NCBI GenBank assembly: GCA_963667845.2 | Contig: CAXXVL010000002.1 | Location: 1,952,001-2,016,000 of the forward strand | Source of the DNA: Smithellaceae bacterium | GTDB lineage: Bacteria > Desulfobacterota > Syntrophia > Syntrophales > Smithellaceae | Length of the DNA stretch: 64,000 bases | Direction of reading: 5' to 3' | The notes under the pieces: generated by a model | Databases searched by the model: none | What the model was told of the DNA's origin: nothing | What the model saw: the letters and a program-made list of their open reading frames with translations, nothing else | In this document: piece after piece, positions 1 through 10,364 of the stretch | Numbering within the stretch: the stretch's first letter is position 1 | Layout: every line of letters begins with the position of its first letter | Position numbers and translations under genes: made by a program

Positions 1-487
1 CTCTTACAGCAATGCGGGACAGACGCGCAAAAAAGGGATCGAGCTTGCGGCGCACGTTCAGCCGCTCAAGGGGCTCTTTTTCGGAGGCGCCTATACTTAC
101 AGTGATTTCACCTTCGCGGAATTCAACGAGGTCATCAACGGTGTGAACTTCAGACGCGACGGCAACCGGCTTCCTTATATCCCCATGCACCAGTACTCAC
201 TGTTTGCGGCCTACAAGCATTCGTCGGGGCTCCGGTTCCGGCTCGAGGCAAACACATGGGGCGAGTATGAAGTGGATAACGCCAACTCCGAAAAATACAA
301 GGGGTACTCCTTCATCACCAACGCCGTGGTCGGCTATGAGTGGAAGGGGCTGGATCTCACCTTCGATGCCTACAATATCTTCAATACCAGGTATGCCATG
401 GAAGTCACCAAGGAGTCGGGCGGAGATGCGAAGTACCGGCCCGGCGGCCCGCTGACTCTGATGGCGCGTCTGAGCTACAAATTTTAG
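1..487 (+). CDS. TonB-dependent receptor, C-terminal part (truncated by window edge)
   Basis: Beta-barrel-like strands, YNIFNTRY motif, terminal aromatic residue (LSYKF); exbB/exbD/tonB downstream. Confidence 0.85.
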   Translation, partial: SYSNAGQTRKKGIELAAHVQPLKGLFFGGAYTYSDFTFAEFNEVINGVNFRRDGNRLPYIPMHQYSLFAAYKHSSGLRFRLEANTWGEYEVDNANSEKYKGYSFITNAVVGYEWKGLDLTFDAYNIFNTRYAMEVTKESGGDAKYRPGGPLTLMARLSYKF

Positions 488-498
488 GAGGAGTGATC

Positions 499-1131
499 GT
501 GAAGACAAAAATCATCATTTTCTTTGTCCTGGCCCTCGCGGTTTCCTTTCTGGCAGCGAACTGGCGGTGGGGAGACTCAGCCCACTCTATCGGGCTGATC
601 AAAGCCTCAGGTGGCGAGGCCAGGCATCCGGCTTTCCTGGAAAGTGGAAAAGACAGCTATATGCTGATCGCCACCGCTACCGTCATCCCGCCTTATCGCG
701 GAAATGCGCGGGTCGTCCTGGAAGGCGAGCCCCGCCTGGAACATAAAATCTATTTTTCCGGACCCGCCATGGACCTGGGACTCAGACGAAATCCGGAATT
801 CCGAGACAATATTCTCTATAACCTGCAACCGAGAGACAGCATCGCGCTGTGGGTGGAGATGAAGCCGCCCAGGATCGACCCGGTCTGCGGGATGGTCTAT
901 GAAGAGGGGTTCAAAACGATTTCCTATCGGGGAAAGGAATACGTCTTTTGCGCGGAGGGCTGTGCAGATGCATTCCTGCGGAATCCTGAAAAATATATGA
1001 AGAAACAAGGCGTCCGGGGCAAGTATCATCTGGCCTTTTACGACACGAAAACCAGCCGGTCGGTGCTCGATGTGCCGATTGTTTTCCGGGGAAAGGGGGG
1101 AGTCGGAAATGCAGGACACCACGAGCACTAA
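499..1131 (+). CDS. Membrane-anchored YHS-domain protein
   Basis: GTG start after AGGAGGAG; N-terminal hydrophobic helix; DPVCGM...YRGKEYVFCAEGCADAF YHS motif; C-terminal GHHEH. Confidence 0.8.
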   Translation: MKTKIIIFFVLALAVSFLAANWRWGDSAHSIGLIKASGGEARHPAFLESGKDSYMLIATATVIPPYRGNARVVLEGEPRLEHKIYFSGPAMDLGLRRNPEFRDNILYNLQPRDSIALWVEMKPPRIDPVCGMVYEEGFKTISYRGKEYVFCAEGCADAFLRNPEKYMKKQGVRGKYHLAFYDTKTSRSVLDVPIVFRGKGGVGNAGHHEH

Positions 1132-2017
1132 GAAGATTTTCTTTTTAAGCATGAGAACCTGGATCCTGATTGCCGGCATCCTTCTTTTCATGCCGCCGCT
1201 GTCGTTTTTGTTCCAGCTCACCCAGGACAGCAGCTTTTGCGGGTCCTGGTGCCCGCGCATGTTTTTCACCTGGCGCAGCGGGACAAGCGGCGGAATGTTT
1301 CTGCTGGGGATGCTGAGAAGCTTCATGGGCGTCGCGCTGGTTCTGGGAATCCTGGCGAGCACCTTTTTTCTGGGGCGTCTCTGGTGCAGTCACCTCTGCC
1401 CCGTGGGCGGCGCGACGGAACTCGGCAGCCGCCTGGTCCCGAAGAAGTTCAAGATTCCCCTGGACGCTGTTCCCGCGCCTGCCGTGCGCTATGGCTATCT
1501 TTCCGCTTATCTGCTGCTGCCGGCGCTGGGCCTGGGAAGCCTCTGTTGTTCCTACTGCAATTTTGCCACGGTTCCAAGGCTTTTCGGCGCGGCCTTTTCC
1601 CAGGCGGATATGGCGTTCTTCTTTCGGTCCGCGGGCCTCGTCAACCTGGGGCTCCTCGTAGGTCTGGGTTTTTTGACCCGCGGCGGCCGGGGCTATTGCA
1701 ATCTCCTTTGTCCCATCGGGGCGCTCGATTCTCTGGCCAACCGTTTGGGCGATAAGTTCGGCCGGAGGATGCGGGTTGACGCCAGCCGCTGCAACGGCTG
1801 CGGCCAGTGCCGGGAGGTCTGCCCGGTCTGGGCCGTCGAGGTCGGCGAGCAGGCGCGGATCAACCAGTTTTCGTGCGTGCCCTGCGGGATGTGCAGGACG
1901 GCGTGCCCGCAGCATGCCGTGCATTATGGATTGCAGAAGGAAGCCGGGGCGGAAGTAATCCGGGAAGTTCCCTCGTATGGCCTGACCCGGCATAACGGAA
2001 AGGATCTTGCCTTATGA
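1109..2017 (+). CDS. Membrane 4Fe-4S binding protein (NapH/RdxA-like polyferredoxin)
   Basis: CxxxCP motifs (CGSWCP, CSHLCP, CNLLCP), two CxxCxxCxxxCP clusters at C-terminus, several TM segments. Confidence 0.85.
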   Translation: MQDTTSTKKIFFLSMRTWILIAGILLFMPPLSFLFQLTQDSSFCGSWCPRMFFTWRSGTSGGMFLLGMLRSFMGVALVLGILASTFFLGRLWCSHLCPVGGATELGSRLVPKKFKIPLDAVPAPAVRYGYLSAYLLLPALGLGSLCCSYCNFATVPRLFGAAFSQADMAFFFRSAGLVNLGLLVGLGFLTRGGRGYCNLLCPIGALDSLANRLGDKFGRRMRVDASRCNGCGQCREVCPVWAVEVGEQARINQFSCVPCGMCRTACPQHAVHYGLQKEAGAEVIREVPSYGLTRHNGKDLAL

Positions 2018-2226
2018 AAACCTGGGGGCGAAAAATATTTATTTTTCTCGCGGCGCTGGGCACGACCTTGGCGGGTCTCTATCCCTCTCGCGGATGCACC
2101 GGCGGATGTGCCGGCTGTTTTCATTGCGCGGGACTGGGTGGAGCCGCGGCTCTCCTGGTAACGATCAGCGTCGTGAGGAAAAGGAAGCAGGGCGAAAATG
2201 CAGGAAATGGCGTGGGGGAGCCGTAA
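2014..2226 (+). CDS. Small Cys-rich membrane protein
   Basis: Overlaps upstream stop; two hydrophobic segments flanking CTGGCAGCFHC. Confidence 0.55.
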   Translation: MKTWGRKIFIFLAALGTTLAGLYPSRGCTGGCAGCFHCAGLGGAAALLVTISVVRKRKQGENAGNGVGEP

Positions 2227-2414
2227 TGGACTCCGCGGTGAGGCAGGCGGAAGGAATCCAGGGCTTTTGAGAAAAGGAATATAAAACAAAGGGAAACATA
2301 GGTCGGCGAGCCGAGGGAAATGCAGGAAAACAGGCATGGTCCCGGAGGCTGCGTCCTGCATGCTGTAGGCCTCCAAAGCCGATTTACGGACATCATAAGG
2401 GATGGGGTGTAAAT

Positions 2415-2849
2415 ATGGAATGGCTGAAACTGGTTGTTGATTATGGCGTCATCGGCCTCTTGCTGGCGATGAGCGTCATCGCCGTGGCCGTGGCTATCGA
2501 GCGGCGTCTCTATTACGGCAGGGTCTCCCCGGACGCCTTTGCGGACAAAAAATCGTTGGAGCTTGCCCTGACGCGGAAGCTGCACATTCTGGCGACGATC
2601 GCCAGCAATGCCCCGTACATCGGCCTTCTGGGGACGGTGCTGGGAATCATGCTGACGTTTTACACGATGGGCCGCGACGGGTTTATGGACACGGGCAAGA
2701 TCATGGTAGGGCTTGCCCTGGCGATGAAGGCGACCGCCGTGGGGCTGTTGGTGGCCATCCCGATTCTGACCTTTTACAATTTTCTGGTGAGGCGGGCCAA
2801 GGAACTCATTTTTAAATGGGAGATAAAAAATGGACGAGAAGGAATTTGA
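2415..2849 (+). CDS. exbB: TonB system energizer ExbB
   Basis: [21 protein letters not shown] motif. Confidence 0.92.
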   Translation: MEWLKLVVDYGVIGLLLAMSVIAVAVAIERRLYYGRVSPDAFADKKSLELALTRKLHILATIASNAPYIGLLGTVLGIMLTFYTMGRDGFMDTGKIMVGLALAMKATAVGLLVAIPILTFYNFLVRRAKELIFKWEIKNGREGI

Positions 2850-3210
2850 TTACATCAACGTCATCCCCTTTATCGACATCATGCTGGTGCTTTTGACGAT
2901 TGTCCTCACAACGTCAACCTTCATTGCGCGGGGCGCGATTCCGCTGGAGCTCCCTAAGGCGACAAGCCAGAAGGCCGGCGCGCTCAAAACCGTCTCGATC
3001 GAAATCGACCGCGGGGGCGCCATCTACCTGAACTCCCGGCCCGTGGCGCTGACGATGCTCCAAGACGAGATCCGTTCGTTTGGTCCGGAAATGCCCATCC
3101 TGATCCACGCCGACCGGGGGCTTGCCCTGCAAGTCTTTGTCGACGTCATGGATGTGATCCGGAACGGGGGATTCAAAAGAATAAGCCTGCAAACGGAAGT
3201 GAAACAATGA
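2830..3210 (+). CDS. exbD: Biopolymer transporter ExbD
   Basis: [14 protein letters not shown] motif. Confidence 0.92.
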   Translation: MDEKEFDYINVIPFIDIMLVLLTIVLTTSTFIARGAIPLELPKATSQKAGALKTVSIEIDRGGAIYLNSRPVALTMLQDEIRSFGPEMPILIHADRGLALQVFVDVMDVIRNGGFKRISLQTEVKQ

Positions 3211-3944
3211 ACCTTCAGCTAAAAGGATTCTGCTTCTCGGCGGGTATCCATGGGGGATGCCTCCTGCTTTTTGTCCTGCTGCAATTGCTGGTTGCGGCGC
3301 CGAACAGGATGGCCGTCATTGACTTCACCTTTGCCGGGGATGCCTCCGGGGCCAGGCAGGTGCAGGCGCCGGCGCCCGCGGCGGCTGAGCCCCGGCGTGT
3401 TGCAGCTGTGCGGCAAAAAAGGATTTTGGCCGATCAGAAGCCCCGGGAAGCGCCCCCACGCGATCACACGCAAAGCGACAAGATCGAGCCGGGCCCGGCC
3501 GAGGCCGCAACAGAGACGATCTCGCCCAATGGCGAAGAATTGGCCCGACCGCGGGCGGCAGCGGGAGAAGCGACCGGGGATGGCGCCGTTCATGCGGATG
3601 CGGCTCCGTCGCCGGCGGGGCGGACGGCGGGTCCCGGAAGCGGCGTCACGCCGGACCAGTCCCGGGCGGTTTATCTTAAAGAGCATTTTGTCTATATCCG
3701 TGACCGGATCACCCGCAACATCCTGTATCCGGAGATGGCCAGAAGAATGGGCTGGTGCGGGCAGGTCAAGATCGCCTTTATTGTCTGCGAAGATGGGGGC
3801 GTGAATGAGATCAGAGTGGTCGACAGTTCCGGTTTCGGGGTGCTGGACCGGAATGCCGTGGAAACGGTGAAAAAAACGGCGCCTTTTCCCCGGCCGCCGG
3901 TCCGTGCGGAAATCAGAATGGCGGTGACCTATCGGTTGAACTGA
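3207..3944 (+). CDS. tonB: Energy transducer TonB
   Basis: N-terminal TM, Ala/Pro-rich linker, YPEMARRMG...SSG...LD C-terminal domain. Confidence 0.88.
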   Translation: MNLQLKGFCFSAGIHGGCLLLFVLLQLLVAAPNRMAVIDFTFAGDASGARQVQAPAPAAAEPRRVAAVRQKRILADQKPREAPPRDHTQSDKIEPGPAEAATETISPNGEELARPRAAAGEATGDGAVHADAAPSPAGRTAGPGSGVTPDQSRAVYLKEHFVYIRDRITRNILYPEMARRMGWCGQVKIAFIVCEDGGVNEIRVVDSSGFGVLDRNAVETVKKTAPFPRPPVRAEIRMAVTYRLN

Positions 3945-4146
3945 ACGCGAAAGTCTCGTCCGCTTGGGTAGGATTTAGCTATGAATACCCTCCCAGTTTA
4001 TCGTGATTGCCTACTGACCTTTGCCGCCTTATTTTGAAAGTAAGGTCCGTTGTTTTACCGGCGGCAAAGCATGCAGGGCGCGGCCTTTGATTCGAGAGAT
4101 ATGATTGCGTCATGGCGCAGAATTCAATAAAGCGGGGTAAACATTT

Positions 4147-5340
4147 TTGAACATCGGTATCCCCAAAGAAACATATCCTGATGAACAGCGTGTCGCGCTG
4201 ATACCACCGGTTATTTCCAGACTCGCGGCGGCCGGTTTTACAATTCTGATACAAAAGGGTGCGGGAAGGCTTGCCGGTTTTCCAGACGAGGACTATCAGG
4301 CAAAAGGGGCGATCATTGTTCCGGAGCGCCAATCCCTGTTTAGCCAGAGTGACTTTATTTTTTTTGTGCACGCCCTCGACGAGGAGGGAAAAATCAGTCA
4401 AGCCGATCTGGACCTGATGCATCCGGGACAGATCCTGATCAGTTTATTGAATCCGCTTGCCTTCCCGGACGTGGCCAGGACTCTCGCCGAAAAAGGCATT
4501 GACGCCTTTGCCCTGGAACTCATCCCCCGCATCGCACGGGCGCAAAGCATGGACGTGCTCTCGTCCATGGCGACGATTGCCGGCTATAAAGCCATCCTGC
4601 TTGCCGCGGATCATCTTCCCCGCCTTTTCCCGCTCATGATGACGGCGGCGGGCACGATTCTGCCCGCAAAGGTTTTCGTCATCGGAGCGGGCGTTGCGGG
4701 ACTGCAGGCGATTGCCACTGCGCGCAGGCTGGGAGCAGTCGTTCAGGCCTGGGATGTCCGTCCGGCAGCCAAAGAGCAGGTGGAAAGCCTCGGGGCCAAG
4801 TTTGTTGAATTTCCAGTGGAGAACGCAGATTCCGAAACCGCAGGCGGTTATGCCCGGACGATGGATGACCTCTTCTATTTAAGGCAGCGTGAACTGATGA
4901 CCCCGGTCATTGTGGAGAGCCACGTCATTGTGACCAGCGCCGCCGTTTTCGGAAGCCGGGCGCCGATTCTTATCACCGAAGATATGGTGCGAGGGATGCA
5001 GCCGGGCGCCGTGATCGTTGATCTGGTGGGAGAGCAGGGGGGGAACTGCGAACTGACCGAGGCCTGTAAAATAATTGTTCGGCACGATGTGACGATCATC
5101 TCACCCGCCAATCTGGCCTCGACGGTTCCCTATCACGCGAGCCAGATGTTTGCCAGCAACCTCGCCAATTTTGTCCTGCATTTAACCGGCCAGGGCAAGA
5201 CGCCGCCCGCCGATTTTGACCGGGAGGATCAGATCGTCCGTGAAAGCATGATTACAAGAGGGGGCGAAGTCGTTCACCCCGCGGTGAATAAACTGCTCGA
5301 CGCGCGGGCGTCGGTTTCGACCCGGGGAGGAAGAACATGA
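4147..5340 (+). CDS. pntA: NAD(P) transhydrogenase alpha subunit, part 1
   Basis: IGIPKE...EQRVAL, RAQSMDVLSS, GAGVAGLQAIATARRLGA. Confidence 0.95.
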   Translation: MNIGIPKETYPDEQRVALIPPVISRLAAAGFTILIQKGAGRLAGFPDEDYQAKGAIIVPERQSLFSQSDFIFFVHALDEEGKISQADLDLMHPGQILISLLNPLAFPDVARTLAEKGIDAFALELIPRIARAQSMDVLSSMATIAGYKAILLAADHLPRLFPLMMTAAGTILPAKVFVIGAGVAGLQAIATARRLGAVVQAWDVRPAAKEQVESLGAKFVEFPVENADSETAGGYARTMDDLFYLRQRELMTPVIVESHVIVTSAAVFGSRAPILITEDMVRGMQPGAVIVDLVGEQGGNCELTEACKIIVRHDVTIISPANLASTVPYHASQMFASNLANFVLHLTGQGKTPPADFDREDQIVRESMITRGGEVVHPAVNKLLDARASVSTRGGRT

Positions 5341-5621
5341 TGGATGCCTTTATCATTGCCCTCACCATTTTTGTTCTGGCGACCTTTGTCGGATTTGAAG
5401 TCATTACCAAGGTGCCGCCTATCCTGCATACGCCGCTTATGTCCGGAGCCAACGCCATTTCCGGCATTACGATCATCGGCGCGCTCATTGCTTCCGGAAC
5501 GGGAGAATCCCTTCTCATTTCGATTTTGGGATTTGTTGCGCTCGTCTTTGCGACGATCAATGTGGTCGGCGGATTCTTCATCACCCACCGGATGCTGAAT
5601 ATGTTCAAACGAAAGGAATAA
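5337..5621 (+). CDS. pntA: NAD(P) transhydrogenase alpha subunit, part 2
   Basis: LHTPLMSGANAISG and INVVGGF..THRMLNMF motifs. Confidence 0.95.
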   Translation: MMDAFIIALTIFVLATFVGFEVITKVPPILHTPLMSGANAISGITIIGALIASGTGESLLISILGFVALVFATINVVGGFFITHRMLNMFKRKE

Positions 5622-5623
5622 AG

Positions 5624-7015
5624 GTGGAAAACGTTTACGAAAATATAGCCTATCTGGTCGCCTCATCCCTTTTCGTCTTCGGGCTGAAAGACCTGGCGCA
5701 TCCGCGGACTGCGCGCCGGGGCAACCTGCTTGGTGCGCTCGGCATGCTGATTGCCGTGGTCGTGACCCTTTTCGACCGGCAGATCCTCAGCTATGAAGTG
5801 ATTATCGCCGGACTCGTCATCGGTTCTGCGGCAGGCTTGATCATGGCTCAAAAAATTCAAATGACCGCCGTGCCGCAGATCGTCGCCCTGTTCAACGGTT
5901 TGGGCGGCGGGGCGTCCGTTCTTGTGGCCGCCGCGGCATTTGCCGAAGCGATAACGCTCAAGCAGGTTCCCACGGTTCAATTTACCATTGCATCGGCGGC
6001 GGCCGGGTTCATCGGCGCCGTAACGTTCTGGGGCAGTTTGCTGGCCTTCGGCAAACTTCAGGGCGTCATAACCGAAAAAGCCGTGCGTTTCCCGGGACAG
6101 GACGCCCTCAATATCGCTCTGCTCATGATCATCGTCCTGTTCGGCACCGTATTGACCATCGATCCTTCGGCCCTCTGGGCCTACTGGGTACTGGCGGCAG
6201 TTTCGTCGGTGCTCGGAATTACGTTGATTCTACCCATCGGCGGTGCCGATATGCCGGTGATTATTGCGCTGCTCAACTCCTACTCGGGCCTTGCCGCGGC
6301 GGCGACCGGGTTTGTTCTGTCCAACAATATCCTGATCATTTCCGGTGCGCTCGTGGGCTCATCAGGGGTGATCCTGACTAAAATCATGTGCAAGGCCATG
6401 AACCGGCCTTTCGGGAAGTGTGTTTTCGGAAGGACGGGAGGGGCGTCTCCGGCCGGAAAAAAAGAAGCGGATATTTATGCCGGGCAGGTCAAATCAGCAA
6501 GCCCTGAAGAAGTGGCGATGATCATCGACGCCGCTCACCGCATCGTCATCGTGCCCGGGTACGGGATGGCCGTTTCGCAGGCCCAGCACGCCGTCAGTTC
6601 ACTGGCCGTGCTTCTGGAGTCGCGCGGGAAGGATGTTGAATTCGGTATTCATCCGGTTGCCGGACGCATGCCGGGTCATATGAACGTGCTGCTTGCGGAG
6701 GCGAACATTCCGTATGACAAATTAAAAACGATGGACGAAATCAATCCGACTTTCGACCAGACCGACGTTGTTCTGGTGATCGGCGCCAATGACGTTGTGA
6801 ATCCCCTGGCCCGAACCGATCCTCAAAGCCCGATTGCCGGAATGCCGATTCTCAACGTGGATCACGCCCGTACGGTGATCGTGATCAAACGCTCTTTGAG
6901 CCCCGGATTTGCCGGAATTCCCAATCCCCTGTTTGCGGCAGACAACTGCATGATGCTGTTCGGCGACGGGAAGGGTGTTATCCTCGAGCTGATCACGGCG
7001 ATCGAAGCGTCGTAG
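5624..7015 (+). CDS. pntB: NAD(P) transhydrogenase beta subunit
   Basis: IGGADMPV, HPVAGRMPGHMNVLLAEA, GANDVVNP motifs. Confidence 0.96.
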   Translation: MENVYENIAYLVASSLFVFGLKDLAHPRTARRGNLLGALGMLIAVVVTLFDRQILSYEVIIAGLVIGSAAGLIMAQKIQMTAVPQIVALFNGLGGGASVLVAAAAFAEAITLKQVPTVQFTIASAAAGFIGAVTFWGSLLAFGKLQGVITEKAVRFPGQDALNIALLMIIVLFGTVLTIDPSALWAYWVLAAVSSVLGITLILPIGGADMPVIIALLNSYSGLAAAATGFVLSNNILIISGALVGSSGVILTKIMCKAMNRPFGKCVFGRTGGASPAGKKEADIYAGQVKSASPEEVAMIIDAAHRIVIVPGYGMAVSQAQHAVSSLAVLLESRGKDVEFGIHPVAGRMPGHMNVLLAEANIPYDKLKTMDEINPTFDQTDVVLVIGANDVVNPLARTDPQSPIAGMPILNVDHARTVIVIKRSLSPGFAGIPNPLFAADNCMMLFGDGKGVILELITAIEAS

Positions 7016-7082
7016 GGACGAATAATTCCTTCCTTTTATTCGCAAAGTCTTCCAAATCACGTTGAGAAAAACAGGTTGGCCG

Positions 7083-7111
7083 TTGACACAAGACATTGCT
7101 TGACCTATACT
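7083..7111 (+). promoter_or_regulatory. Sigma70-type promoter
   Basis: TTGACA-17 nt-TATACT upstream of the 7197 CDS. Confidence 0.7.
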
Positions 7112-7196
7112 CGGTATCAGCAAAAAGGATGCACTATTCAGCCTTTCATCCGCGGCATCTGTAATCCGACTTTACCGTATGCATAAGGAGGGAAGC

Positions 7197-9221
7197 ATGT
7201 CACATCGCTCATCAAAGAGAACTGCCGGAATTGCCATTATCCTTTTAATGTTGATGTTAATTTTTGCCGGGGTTGTCCAGGCCTTCACCGTCCAAAAAAT
7301 CGGTGACAAGGGACTCTATCCGCAGCCGGGCGGCGATCGTCATAACAGCTATGCCTGGTGCATGGGCATTCTTCATCATTCCGACGGAGATTACCTCTAT
7401 GTTGGAAGTAATCGGGATATTGTATATCTCGTTTCGGCCGGCTTTTTTCGGACGACCAAAAACACGACCGATTTTGCGACAGTCAAGAATTATATCGAAG
7501 GTTTTTTCGGCAGCGACATCGGTACGTACCCCACCCAGGCAGACGTGGATCTTCATCCCCGAATTTTCCGTCTTAAGCTCAACGCGGCGGCTGATTGGGA
7601 ACTGATCTATGCGTCACCCAACGCCCAGGGAATTATCCCGCTGGAGCTGGGCTACCGCGGCATGCAGGTCTTTACGGACACGGCCGGGGAAACGGCGCTT
7701 TACATCGTGACCGATTCCGGCGCCACCAAAGTGTCCCGGGTCTTGAAAATCTCGGCGGATTCAGACCCCCAGAATGTTGTAGTCAAGGAAGTCTTTCGTA
7801 TTCAGGGTACAGCCAGCCTGCGGCCCATTGCCGTCCATAACGGGAAGCTTTATATCGGCGCCAACAATGACATTTATGAGGCCGTAAATCCGGAGGCGAT
7901 GGGCGACTGGACAAAAATAGCGGCCGACAGCGATTTCGGCGGCCTTGTCGCCGCCGGCAGAAAAGCGATGCTCTGGCAGTTTGCCAGTTTTAACGGTTAT
8001 CTCTATGTGACCCTGTCCGAAGACGTCGATCCGGCAGCGTCCCAGACGGCGGATAACGGCGGAGCCTGGCTTTTCAAAGGGAAATTTGATACTGCACTGG
8101 CCCGGTGGGTCTGGACGCCCATCATTGCCGACCAGTCTCTGTTTCCCGCCGCATCCTATCCCAAGGGACTGGGTAATCGATTCAACACAACCCTTTCCCT
8201 GGCTTCTTTCCAGGACAGTCTTTATATCGGGACACTCATGACCTTTCCCTCCCTCATTGGTTCGGGGAAGGCGGAGTTGATTTTGCCGAACCGGATTCCT
8301 CCCCAGATTTATCGGATCAGTAAGACGGACGTCTGCGCCATGGTAATCGGCGATACGGCGGGTCCAACCAGGAGCACGATTTTCCCGTCGCGGATCGGAA
8401 ATTATGGGGCGGGTTTCTTCCAGCCCAATATTCTTCAGACGCTTTCTCCGGACGCCGCCATTCGCGACACAAATTTCTCTTTCAATCAATACCTATGGTG
8501 GATGGCCCAGTACAACGGGAAACTTTACGCAGCAACTTTCGATTTGCGCGTCTTTCTCAAGTACGTTACCCGCGCCAACCTGGAGACGGCAGGCGTGATC
8601 GCTCCCGGCGACGATGCAGCCTGGCTTACGGTTCAGACGGCTCTGCAGGCGATAGAATTATATAATGATAATCCACCGGGCTGCGACATCTACTACACCT
8701 CAGACGGAGTGAATTGGTCTGCCTTGACCCGGGACGGTTTTGGCGACCCGTTCAATTACGGGGCCCGGGTTCTGTTGCCGTCGACCATTGCCGCGCATCC
8801 GCTTTATGTCGGAATGGCCAATCCCTTTTTCGGTGCGCAGGTTTACACCGTGTCCGACACAACCGCGGCAGCAGCCCCGGAAAGCGGCGGGGGCGGGGGC
8901 GGCTGCTTCATCGCAACGGCGGCCTTCGGTTCATCGCTCGACTCCCGCGTTGTCATTCTTCGCTCTTTTCGCGATCAGTTCCTTCTTCAGAGCGCGCCGG
9001 GCAGATTCTTTGTCCGGTTCTACTACAGCCATTCGCCCGCAGCCGCGCGTTTCCTCGAAAATCATGAGGGGCTGAAACCTTTCGTCCGCCTGGGACTTCT
9101 GCCTGCTATCGGAATGTGTTATCTTTTCATTCACGGTCTTGGCGCTCCGGCGATTTTTCTTTTTGTCGCAATTGGCACGGCCCTGCTTTTGATTTTCCGC
9201 AGCCGGCGTCGATCCGCGTGA
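7197..9221 (+). CDS. Exported protein with C-terminal CFI-box-CTERM domain
   Basis: Signal peptide; beta-rich body; GGGGGGCFIATAAFGS...LRSFRD...FVRFYY.HSP, then TM and basic tail. Confidence 0.8.
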   Translation: MSHRSSKRTAGIAIILLMLMLIFAGVVQAFTVQKIGDKGLYPQPGGDRHNSYAWCMGILHHSDGDYLYVGSNRDIVYLVSAGFFRTTKNTTDFATVKNYIEGFFGSDIGTYPTQADVDLHPRIFRLKLNAAADWELIYASPNAQGIIPLELGYRGMQVFTDTAGETALYIVTDSGATKVSRVLKISADSDPQNVVVKEVFRIQGTASLRPIAVHNGKLYIGANNDIYEAVNPEAMGDWTKIAADSDFGGLVAAGRKAMLWQFASFNGYLYVTLSEDVDPAASQTADNGGAWLFKGKFDTALARWVWTPIIADQSLFPAASYPKGLGNRFNTTLSLASFQDSLYIGTLMTFPSLIGSGKAELILPNRIPPQIYRISKTDVCAMVIGDTAGPTRSTIFPSRIGNYGAGFFQPNILQTLSPDAAIRDTNFSFNQYLWWMAQYNGKLYAATFDLRVFLKYVTRANLETAGVIAPGDDAAWLTVQTALQAIELYNDNPPGCDIYYTSDGVNWSALTRDGFGDPFNYGARVLLPSTIAAHPLYVGMANPFFGAQVYTVSDTTAAAAPESGGGGGGCFIATAAFGSSLDSRVVILRSFRDQFLLQSAPGRFFVRFYYSHSPAAARFLENHEGLKPFVRLGLLPAIGMCYLFIHGLGAPAIFLFVAIGTALLLIFRSRRRSA

Positions 9222-9332
9222 GCGGGCTTGATACGGATAGCTGATTCGCGGGCGGCCGGCCAAGTTCATTTCTTTTAGGAGCGGCGACGTCCGGGATCTG
9301 CCGCTTAAGCGGGAAGGGAAGGGAGTTGATCC

Positions 9333-9926
9333 GTGAAAATAAAATCGGAAAAAGAGGTTCGCCGCTGCCCCTGGGTTGATTTGACGAAGCCCGACATGGT
9401 CGAGTATCACGACAAGGAATGGGGCGTTCCGGTTTATGATGACCGGTTGATCTTTGAATTCCTGTCGCTGGAAGCGGCTCAGGCCGGTCTAAGCTGGCAT
9501 ACCGTTTTGAAAAAAAGAGAAAATTACCGTAAAGCCTTTGAAAATTTTGAACCCGGTAAAGTCGCGAAATTCAATCAGACGAAAATTGAAAAGCTGCTCC
9601 AGAATCCCGGGATCATCCGTAACAGATTGAAGATAGAATCAACCGTCAACAATGCGCTGCGCTTTCTTGAAGTTCAGAAAGAATTCGGCAGTTTCTCAAA
9701 ATACATCTGGGGTTTTGTCGGCAGCAAACCCAGGATCAATGCCGTCCGCAAATTAGCGGATTATCCGGCAGTGAGCCCGGATTCGGACGCCTTGAGCAAA
9801 GATCTCAAGAAAAGAGGGTTCAAATTTCTGGGCTCTACCATTTGCTATGCGCACATGCAGGCAACGGGCCTCGTCAACGACCACTCGCTGGATTGCTTTC
9901 GCAGAAAAGAAATTATGGCGCTGTGA
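9333..9926 (+). CDS. tag: DNA-3-methyladenine glycosylase I
   Basis: RCPW...YHDKEWG, QAGLSW, GIIRNRLKI, MQATGLVNDH..DC. Confidence 0.95.
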   Translation: MKIKSEKEVRRCPWVDLTKPDMVEYHDKEWGVPVYDDRLIFEFLSLEAAQAGLSWHTVLKKRENYRKAFENFEPGKVAKFNQTKIEKLLQNPGIIRNRLKIESTVNNALRFLEVQKEFGSFSKYIWGFVGSKPRINAVRKLADYPAVSPDSDALSKDLKKRGFKFLGSTICYAHMQATGLVNDHSLDCFRRKEIMAL

Positions 9927-9963
9927 CGCTCCCGGAACCTTTCAACTCCCGTTGCAACCTAAA

Positions 9964-10251
9964 TTAGTTCCACCCCGCTTTTTTATCGCACGTTTTTCTT
10001 TCCTGGGGATGGAATTTTTCCCATTCGGTAACGGATTGCGTTTCATCGTCGTCCATTTTGGAGACCATGCATTCGCAATATTTCCTTACCACTTCGGCCG
10101 ATTGACCCTGGTTCCTTTTATCGCGCATGCACTCGGCTATCCATTGGATATCGTCCGAGGTGGAGGAGGCCAATGAGTCTTTTACCATCACCGGTCCGGA
10201 AAATAAAATGATCAGCACAAATGCCAAGACGACTACGGAGTGTTTCTTCAT
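9964..10251 (-). CDS. Small exported hypothetical protein with 4 Cys
   Basis: Signal-like N-terminus, RBS, C...YCEC...C pattern. Confidence 0.65.
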   Translation of the reverse strand: MKKHSVVVLAFVLIILFSGPVMVKDSLASSTSDDIQWIAECMRDKRNQGQSAEVVRKYCECMVSKMDDDETQSVTEWEKFHPQERKTCDKKAGWN

Positions 10252-10364
10252 GCTTGATTCCCCTTCATTGAATCGTTAACGGAAGAAAATATCGTTTCGC
10301 AATATCACTTCCAATTTATTCACTTACATCTCTTAAGGTCCTAGCTTCGCTCTCACTTGCTGGG

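Noticed and set aside
6398..6445. Odd pntB segment (MNRPFGKCVFGRTGG), possibly compensating frameshifts
   Set aside because: Frame is intact and the region is a variable linker; cannot be supported without reads
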